This document shows, piece by piece, positions 25,835 through 32,000 of a stretch of 32,000 nucleotides of DNA; the first letter of the stretch is position 1, and every line of letters begins with the position of its first letter. The position numbers and the translations under genes were made by a program. Source of the DNA: Thermodesulfobacteriota bacterium. Lineage in GTDB: Bacteria; Desulfobacterota; WTBG01; JAGOGO01. The stretch covers positions 150,001 through 182,000 of the forward strand of contig CP113000.1 of assembly GCA_026625185.1 (NCBI GenBank), written 5' to 3'. The notes under the pieces are model-generated. The model was not told the origin of the DNA and ran no database searches. It worked only from the letters and a program-made list of their open reading frames with translations.

Positions 25835-28531
25835 CTAATCGCTAATAGTCTCCGGTTCTGTCGGACCTTCTTCATCCCAGTAGACTTCGGTTGTTTCAGA
25901 AGCTGATTGATCACCCGTGCTGGGGACGACTTTGCGATAAACTTGTTCCGGTGATCGGCGCGCCCCATCAACCGTCAAGAGCTCATCCACTTTGATGCCA
26001 AAGAGACGCTCATTTTCAACCAGGTAAGGAAGAATTAAATTCCAGTCCTTCCTGGTGAGCGGGAGAAACACCCCTCCGTTTAATTGCTCATCCACAAGTA
26101 TTTTATTGGGATCACGAATAAAAGCCGCCCCCCCTGATGATAACGAAAAGAGATTGCTCCCCGGATAGGGTTCCGCCAAAGAAATAATCTGTCCCTCGTC
26201 ATCAAAGGTTACGGCATTTAGTATAACAAATCCCCCGCCATTATGAGGGTCACCAGCCATAAAGGACTCGCCCAGAAAATCAAGACAGGTTTGATTAATA
26301 ACGACCCGTGGTCTCCCCACTGAATTAATAAGGGGCCGACCGGCTGCGTTCCCCAGTACATAAACCTCGCCTCCTTTGGCACCATACATAAAAGTCTGAC
26401 CGACATCGCCGTGCACAACAAGTTTACCGGCCTTTATAATCTGCCCAAGCTGGTCCTGAGCGTTACCGTGCACCGTGACCGTCAACCCATCGATGCCTGA
26501 GCCCAGATAATCTCCTGAGCTGCCGTAAACGTCTATAACCACATTGTCGGTTTCCGGCCCCAGACCACAGCCGATAAATCGCTGGCCGGAACAGCCGAAA
26601 GAAATAAAATGCCGCCACCCTTTCTTCATATAGGCATCCAAAAGAAGCGACGCGTCAGATTCATTTCCTTCAGGAGGAAATTTTTTTGCGTTTATTACCA
26701 ATGTCTTCTCATCGCGGCGCGGCGCCCGTAACTTTTTACGGGTCTCAAAGTCGATGAGTCGATAAAGCTTCGGCTCACCATCCTGGTCATCCAGGCCGGG
26801 GAGGCTGCTGAAGAACCGGTCTAAGGCGCTACGCACCATGTGGAGAAGGTGATTGCGTTTTTTTTCACCCGTCTGGTATTTGCGGTCATTAAGAAGGGTA
26901 AGCCCCTGAATCGCGGTGGCCGTGTAGTTTGAATCTTTTGCCAGACCAATAATGATTTCACACGCTGTCCAGATATCGTCAAAAGACCAGGCGGGAATTT
27001 TGTCGCAGACATACTCAAAGAGAGCGAGCGGGTTTCCGGTTTCCAGGCGCATCCGCAGCTCTCTTTCCAGCTCGCTGTCTTTCGGGGCCGTAAAAATCCG
27101 TTCCCGGGTAAAATCGCACGATTCAGTTTTCTTCGGCATGGGAACCGGTTTCCCGAATTTGTCAGTACAGGTCATGCGCATCTTCCCGGCGGCGTCGGGA
27201 GAAACGTTAAAGATAAACGCTCCGCCGTCGGTGTGGCTTCCGCCCCGTGCGTTCCAGTACCGGTCAGCCACCGGACAAATCCGCTTATCTTGCCTGGAGA
27301 GACTGATAAGGGTCGCGTCAATCGCCTGCTTTTCAGAACAGATCAGCCCTACCTGGACCTCACCGTCGGAAAAAGAGAACACCTGGGGCCGTAACATCGC
27401 GGTGTCGGTAATGCCCAGAAGTTGAAAGGTTTTTTGTTCCGGAATAGTGCGGGTGATGATGAAGAACCAGGGCCCGTCCGGGGAGCCATGGATATGGCTC
27501 GCCTGTATTGATCGGTAGATCGCCTGCTTATCCCGGGGAAGACGGTCAAAGTCAAGTTCGGTTGTGGGCGCGATCGCCTCGATTATGTATTCCAGAGGAT
27601 AATGATACGTCCTGCTCAAGAGGTCGAATAAAAGCGCAGAAACCTCGGTGTCGGTGAGAAACTGCGGATAAATATGCCGTTGTTTAAGATACTCAGTAAC
27701 CGAGTGATAATTTGCAAAATCACCATTATGAACCAGTGCCATATTGATGCCGGCAAAAGGATGGGCACCACCCGGATGCCATACCCGTCCCTTGGTCGGG
27801 AAACGCTGGTGTGCGATCCATGCGTGGGCTGCAAGGTCCTCAATCTGGTAATATTTTACTATTGCCTCTGCAAAACCAACCACCTTGAGAATCATGATAT
27901 CCCGGCCGTGAGACAGGACAAAAGCCTTTTGATCCCCCAGGGAAGCATAGTATTCCTGATTAATTCGGAAACTGTTTTGGTTTATAAATTCGTCTTCCGC
28001 TTCGCGACGGGTGATTGCGGTGAGCTGATTTTGAGCAATAAAGGCGTCCAGTACGCTTCTTTTTACCCGCACAAAGTAGCGCCACACATCAGGTGGCTTT
28101 ACTTCCAGTCCTTCCACTGAATGCCAATCATCAACTGACTTAAGTTCGCTGGAAGCGGCAACATCAAACTGCGGAGTGATAAAACGTTTTTCCAGCTTTT
28201 CCCGACCACCCGGCTTGATAAAAGCCACGTGGAGCATATAATACTCATCCAGTATTTCCCGGCTCACCCCCAGCTGCTCAGGAACAAACCCGACCGCTGC
28301 AATGCCTCCGCCTTTTCCGTTACCCCGGTTGTGCATCAGGCAGGAAGGCTCATAAATATGGCGGCCCGGAACCGGTTCGGTACAACAAAAACCAACAACG
28401 CCGCATCCGCCTTCTTCCTCGCTTTTTTTTACAACCTGACGAAGATTAAACTCATTAATGAGTAGTTTTTTTGAATCCAAAAGTTGTCGTATTCTTTCAC
28501 TCTTCATTTTATTCAAAACAATTTCATTCAC
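25835..28531 (-). CDS. gltB: glutamate synthase large-subunit-like fusion: class-II (Ntn) glutamine amidotransferase domain + C-terminal GXGXG domain, with no FMN domain
   Basis: 898 aa. GG-C43-GVVGF...HNRGNGKGGGIAAVGF and QRFPTKGRVWHPGGAHPFAG...ALVHNGDFANY form the GATase-II part, with a 42-aa propeptide before the nucleophile Cys. CSGQRFIGCGLGPE...VYGSSGDYLGSGIDGLTVTVHGNAQDQLGQIIKAGKLVVHGDVGQTFMYGAKGGEVYVLGNAAGRPLIN is the GXGXG beta-helix domain. The track start at 28531 is a GTG; the ATG at 28507 is an alternative. Confidence 0.9.
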   Translation of the reverse strand: MNEIVLNKMKSERIRQLLDSKKLLINEFNLRQVVKKSEEEGGCGVVGFCCTEPVPGRHIYEPSCLMHNRGNGKGGGIAAVGFVPEQLGVSREILDEYYMLHVAFIKPGGREKLEKRFITPQFDVAASSELKSVDDWHSVEGLEVKPPDVWRYFVRVKRSVLDAFIAQNQLTAITRREAEDEFINQNSFRINQEYYASLGDQKAFVLSHGRDIMILKVVGFAEAIVKYYQIEDLAAHAWIAHQRFPTKGRVWHPGGAHPFAGINMALVHNGDFANYHSVTEYLKQRHIYPQFLTDTEVSALLFDLLSRTYHYPLEYIIEAIAPTTELDFDRLPRDKQAIYRSIQASHIHGSPDGPWFFIITRTIPEQKTFQLLGITDTAMLRPQVFSFSDGEVQVGLICSEKQAIDATLISLSRQDKRICPVADRYWNARGGSHTDGGAFIFNVSPDAAGKMRMTCTDKFGKPVPMPKKTESCDFTRERIFTAPKDSELERELRMRLETGNPLALFEYVCDKIPAWSFDDIWTACEIIIGLAKDSNYTATAIQGLTLLNDRKYQTGEKKRNHLLHMVRSALDRFFSSLPGLDDQDGEPKLYRLIDFETRKKLRAPRRDEKTLVINAKKFPPEGNESDASLLLDAYMKKGWRHFISFGCSGQRFIGCGLGPETDNVVIDVYGSSGDYLGSGIDGLTVTVHGNAQDQLGQIIKAGKLVVHGDVGQTFMYGAKGGEVYVLGNAAGRPLINSVGRPRVVINQTCLDFLGESFMAGDPHNGGGFVILNAVTFDDEGQIISLAEPYPGSNLFSLSSGGAAFIRDPNKILVDEQLNGGVFLPLTRKDWNLILPYLVENERLFGIKVDELLTVDGARRSPEQVYRKVVPSTGDQSASETTEVYWDEEGPTEPETISD

Positions 28532-28895
28532 GGTAAAACCCGTTATATAGTAAATATCTAACGGAGTAAGCGGTGCATTTCTAACGGGATAAAGGAGTCA
28601 TACACCTAAAATTATATCCATTTGGATTTGTTTCAATCTTTTCCTACCAATCGAGAGTGATAAAACGTTTAATTAACAATCAGTTAATAATTTCTTATGT
28701 CATAAATTCTTTTTTTTGTTCTTGTCATAAAATATTTTAATATATTACCATTTTTTTCTTGAAAACTAAATTAAGCTATATTAAAATATTTAATAAGGAT
28801 TAATTATTAAGTCAAGTAAAAATAAAGAATTTTTTTGAAAAAATAAAAAAATTAAGTAAAATTAAATATTACCTAACCATATTTACAGAAAGGAA

Positions 28896-29966
28896 ATGAT
28901 GGGAGAAGTGATAAGTTGTGGGATACCATACTTAGATAAAATCATGGGGGGATACTTCCTCGGCGAAAACATAGTCTGGGTTTTAAGGCCCGGAACCGAC
29001 TTTGACATCTTCTTGGAAGCCTTTCTTACAAAAAAAAAGGAACCTCCTTTTAAAACTGTTTATGTCAGCTTTGATTTTCCTCCCCAAAAAATATTAAACC
29101 GATATGAAAAATTTTTTAAACCTGAAGACTTCATTTTGGTAGATGCCTTTACTTTTGGAAAAGGAAATAGCGATAGATTTTTCCAATCATTTTATCAGGG
29201 TGAAACTATCCGATCAAAACCATTTCGGATTAATTGCATAAAGGATTTAACTGAGCCGAGTGAATTTATTAGGATCATGAACAGTCTCCAGGAAGAGTTT
29301 AAAACCGACATTGCTTGCAAATATTTCTTTGGTAGCTTGAGCGGAATGCAAGAACTTTGGGGTGAACGAGATACCCTCCATTTTTTTACCTTTGCCTGCC
29401 CTAAACTTTTTGAACTCAAGGCGTTAGCCTACTGGCCTTTGGTAAAAGAGGCCCATAGCAAATCATTTTTAGCTAATATTAGCTATATTACCCAAATTGT
29501 CGTCAGCCTGAGTTTTGAAGAGGGAAATCCCTGTTCACTCAGATTCTTAAAATTGGAGGGGAGACCATCGAAACTGCTTAATACAACGCATTATTATAAT
29601 GTGCAGGAAAAAGATATCGATTTTGTTAATCCGTTAGAACCAGCAGAAATTGCAGATAAATTTGGAACGCAAAAACTACCAGGGCTGGAAAAATCACCAG
29701 AGGCTCACCCCGGTTTTTTAGACACTAAGGAGCCAATCCGGATTGGCGGCCGAATCCGGGACTTTCGTTTACGCAAAAACCTTTCCCAGGTAGAATTAGC
29801 AAAGAGACTAAAAATAACTCCAAGCGCCTTATCTCAAATAGAAAACAACCAAAGCCTCCCCTCTTTGCCACTTTTTATCCAAATTGCGCGCTTTTTCGGG
29901 AAGTCTTTAGATTCGTTCTTTGCACCCGAGCAAAAAAAAATGGAAGTCAAAACAATCAATCAGTAA
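28896..29966 (+). CDS. transcriptional regulator: KaiC/RecA-like domain with a degenerate Walker A, plus a C-terminal XRE-family HTH
   Basis: The N-terminus ISCGIPYLDKIMGGYFLGENIVWVLRPGTDFD aligns by eye with the KaiC-like GIPGLD..LGGG.P.G...L..G.PG.GKT, but the GKT is replaced by TDFD. The C-terminus IGGRIRDFRLRKNLSQVELAKRLKITPSALSQIENNQSLPSLPLFIQIARFFGKSLD is a canonical XRE HTH. AGGAA RBS. A possible TTGAAA-16-TAAAAT promoter lies at 28835-28862. Confidence 0.75.
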   Translation: MMGEVISCGIPYLDKIMGGYFLGENIVWVLRPGTDFDIFLEAFLTKKKEPPFKTVYVSFDFPPQKILNRYEKFFKPEDFILVDAFTFGKGNSDRFFQSFYQGETIRSKPFRINCIKDLTEPSEFIRIMNSLQEEFKTDIACKYFFGSLSGMQELWGERDTLHFFTFACPKLFELKALAYWPLVKEAHSKSFLANISYITQIVVSLSFEEGNPCSLRFLKLEGRPSKLLNTTHYYNVQEKDIDFVNPLEPAEIADKFGTQKLPGLEKSPEAHPGFLDTKEPIRIGGRIRDFRLRKNLSQVELAKRLKITPSALSQIENNQSLPSLPLFIQIARFFGKSLDSFFAPEQKKMEVKTINQ

Positions 29967-30219
29967 ATTTACCTGGAAAAATCTGGAAGCGCTTACCACA
30001 ATTTTTCCACCCCAAAAACCCATGGCCTTGGTACCCCTCAGCCTTTCCCAGAAAAACATCTTGTAACCCGCCAAACGACTTTTTTTGGTCCTCCTCATAA
30101 ACTTTTAAGACCTTCTCAATATACTCCGATGATAAAATTACATCATCATGAAAATAAAAGATGGTATCCCCCTGAGCAACCTTAGTGCCCACGTTTCGTG
30201 ATTCGGTCAGAGCAGGTTT
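29956..30219 (-). pseudogene. family-2 glycosyltransferase fragment (5'-truncated, probably also 3'-degraded)
   Basis: The reading frame opens immediately after the dinB stop: KPALTESRNVGTKVAQGDTIFYFHDDVILSSEYIEKV. This is the GT2 A(R)N.G...A.G..I.F.D.D segment without the ~60 aa that normally precede it. The downstream part appears frameshifted: GFWGGK... continues in the frame of track ORF 29907-30098. Confidence 0.5.
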
Positions 30220-30825
30220 TTATTTTTTAAGTAAGGTTCCTGGAAGGATGGCGCCCTCGCCGAATTTTTCTTGAATCGCATCAATTGTCTTATGAAGTCG
30301 CTTGGTTTTCTGCGCACCTGGGTGGCGAGGAAAAAGAGCGAGCTGTTTTACTTCCGAACTCGTTAAATGAGAAACCGATACCCCTAAGAGCCTTATCGGC
30401 TTTCTCCCAACTTCAGTTTTTTTCAGAAGAAGATAGCAAGCCTTCGTGATTTCTCCGCCGTGGTTCGTGGGTTCTACTATAGTTAGGGAACGTGTTATCT
30501 GGACAAAGTCATAGTACTTTACTTTTAACGTAATGGTCTTTCCCCGCAATCCTTCTTTTCGCAAGCGCCGACCTACTTTAGTAGATAGGGAAAGAATTTC
30601 TCGCTTGGCTATTTCCTCGTCAATGACATCTTCCGCAAAGGTCTCTTCCTGGCCGATTGATTTAACCTCATCTTCTATTTCAACCTCACGTTCATCTATT
30701 CCCCGGGAAAGCAGGTGGAGGTGGAGTCCCATTAACCGATTTCCATTTCAAGCTGGGATTATCTATTAACTCCACTGAAGCATAGAAGGCATCCATATCC
30801 AGATGGATTATTTTTTGGGTTCCAT
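30220..30825 (-). pseudogene. dinB: DNA polymerase IV remnant: frameshift near the start plus an internal deletion of roughly 190 codons
   Basis: The N-terminal piece ..KIIHLDMDAFYASVELIDNPSLKWKSV (within 30733-30813) is joined directly to the C-terminal piece GLHLHLLSRGIDEREVEIEDEVKSIGQEETF...little-finger domain (track ORF 30220-30732). No S(I/L)DEA(Y/F)LD catalytic segment is present. The likely original start, ATG 30825 (MEPKK-IIHLD), is out of frame by 1 nt at the T6/A6 run 30811-30816. Confidence 0.75.
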
Positions 30826-30845
30826 TTTCGTTCCATAAATAGTAA

Positions 30846-32000
30846 TCAGACCGCGGCACAAAGAAGTTCCCGGTCTTTAAACCGCACATACCCGCTATGA
30901 GTAATGCGAAGATGAGGGATAGCAGCAGTCCCAAGAACATCAATCGTAAGGAGCGGGTTTGCCCAGGGCACCCCATTACCCTGCAAAGCGGTTTCAAGTT
31001 TTTTAATCTCTTTCCCTAACACCTCCATGGGTTTTAAAGAGGCCATACCGCACAGAGGAGCTGGAAATTCAGCAATCACTTCATTGCCAATAGCATACAC
31101 TGCTCCGCCGTTAATTTCTTGTAATCTTCCCACGACGGTCTCCATGGATTGCCGGTCACATCCTGCAATGATCATATCAACTGAATCCCAGCAAATGGTG
31201 GAACCACATGCTCCTCGTTGCAAACCAAAGCCCTTAAGAAAACCCAGGAATTTCTCTCCGCTTCCAAGCCGGTTTAAGGCAAGAAGCATGATAACATCCC
31301 GGGCTGTTTCCGGGTCTTTCAAATCCACCACCCGTTCTCTGGTAACTAACCCCGTAACAAGATCCATAACCCGGACCTTCCCTTCTTGAGGTCTCATCGG
31401 GAAGTCAAAGCCATTCAAGGCAACTGTGTGAAACATATACTCAGGGCAGGAAACCTTTTTTGGTTCGGTCAGGTTGCGGCCATACTGAAAAATTATTTTT
31501 CCATTACACATAACTATTTGAGGTGAATATTCCTTTGGTGAAGGTATGAGCACTATATCAGCCATTTTTCCGGGAGCAAGAGACCCGATAAAGTTATCCA
31601 GATGGAAATGTTCAGCTACATTAATCGTTACCATCTGAAAAGCCACTTCCGGCGGAACACCAAGACTGAGAGCTTTTTTCAGCCCGGCATCAAGAAACCC
31701 TTTTCTGATGAATCCTTCGGGATCCGAGCCGTCAGTGGTTAATGTTAATTTTCGAAAATCAATATCCTTGGTGAAAATATTTTTTATTGCCTCGAGCTCT
31801 TCCCTTACAGCGCCTTCCCGGATCATTACCCAATACCCAAGCCGCAGTCTTTCCAAAACCTCCTCTTCTGTGGTCGCTTCATGACAGGAGGAAACGCCAA
31901 AATTGGTATATGCCTGAAGCCTTTTCCCTTTTGCGCCCGCAGAATGCCCCTCAATCGGCTTCCCCAGAGCCAATCCTAGGTCCGCCAGTTCTCTTACCCG
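30846..32000 (-). CDS. ade: adenine deaminase (C-terminal ~385 aa; the N-terminus lies beyond the window end)
   Basis: IEGHSAGAKGKRLQAYTNFGVSSCHEATTEEEVLERLRLGYWVMIREGAV... matches the adenine deaminase GH..G......Y...G...HE..T.EEALE.LR.G..+MIREGS region. The frame stays open from 31973 to 32000 (RVRELADLGLALGKPIEGH). Confidence 0.8.
   Translation of the reverse strand, partial: RVRELADLGLALGKPIEGHSAGAKGKRLQAYTNFGVSSCHEATTEEEVLERLRLGYWVMIREGAVREELEAIKNIFTKDIDFRKLTLTTDGSDPEGFIRKGFLDAGLKKALSLGVPPEVAFQMVTINVAEHFHLDNFIGSLAPGKMADIVLIPSPKEYSPQIVMCNGKIIFQYGRNLTEPKKVSCPEYMFHTVALNGFDFPMRPQEGKVRVMDLVTGLVTRERVVDLKDPETARDVIMLLALNRLGSGEKFLGFLKGFGLQRGACGSTICWDSVDMIIAGCDRQSMETVVGRLQEINGGAVYAIGNEVIAEFPAPLCGMASLKPMEVLGKEIKKLETALQGNGVPWANPLLTIDVLGTAAIPHLRITHSGYVRFKDRELLCAAV

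Noticed and set aside
25831-25971. N-terminal 47-aa extension of the hdrC ORF (track start 25971).
   Set aside because: The extension lies entirely inside the 3' end of the upstream 898-aa gene in another frame. The HdrC-like sequence begins at MNIMTIRIKK, right after the upstream TAG.
28532-28895. Sigma-54 promoter for the GOGAT-Hdr operon, analogous to those of glnA and the GATase gene.
   Set aside because: No GG-N10-GC arrangement resembling TGGCA-N6-TTGC is present in the minus-strand sense of this spacer.
30826-30997. N-terminal part of track ORF 30692-30997 (MKPLCRVMGCPGQ...), considered as a real membrane protein.
   Set aside because: It overlaps the 3' end of the adenine deaminase CDS out of frame. 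Only its C-terminal ~30 aa (KIIHLDMDAFYASVELIDNPSLK) are meaningful, as the dinB N-terminal remnant.
1-32000. Search for CRISPR arrays, tRNA/rRNA genes, transposases/integrases, IS inverted repeats and prophage genes.
   Set aside because: No array of regularly spaced repeats, no cloverleaf-like or rRNA-like segments, and no ORF with transposase, integrase or phage motifs were seen. The only repeats are the short ones listed above.

Overview
This window looks like it comes from an anaerobic, Gram-negative-type bacterium. That origin is inferred from gene content: Hdr/MvhD/MetFV redox genes, sigma-54 promoters, and an alpha-2-macroglobulin/PbpC pair. The core is a 14.4 kb co-directional minus-strand gene string (14141-28531). 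In it, the domains of a split, archaeal-type glutamate synthase sit at the two ends: GATase-II+GXGXG at the 5' end, and two FMN-domain paralogues at the 3' end. Between them lies a complete hdrC-hdrB-hdrA(tandem, with an embedded GltD-like module)-mvhD-metV-mvhD-metF set. Directly downstream are a class-I glutamine amidotransferase and glnA, each behind a nearly identical sigma-54 promoter. Upstream and divergent is an unusual regulator that combines a KaiC-like pseudo-ATPase domain with an XRE HTH. The remaining loci are largely decayed. The 5.8 kb alpha-2-macroglobulin gene keeps a single frame but has three in-frame stops. pbpC has a frameshift and a KTG->KKG change. dinB is frameshifted and internally deleted. 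There is also a glycosyltransferase fragment and a small frameshifted ORF. The left edge carries a TunR-like HTH+PBP regulator, a small two-gene cassette and the start of a secreted, receptor-like protein. The right edge carries a partial adenine deaminase. I found no rRNA, tRNA, CRISPR array or recognisable mobile element. All functional calls rest on motif recognition by eye, and no database search was possible.
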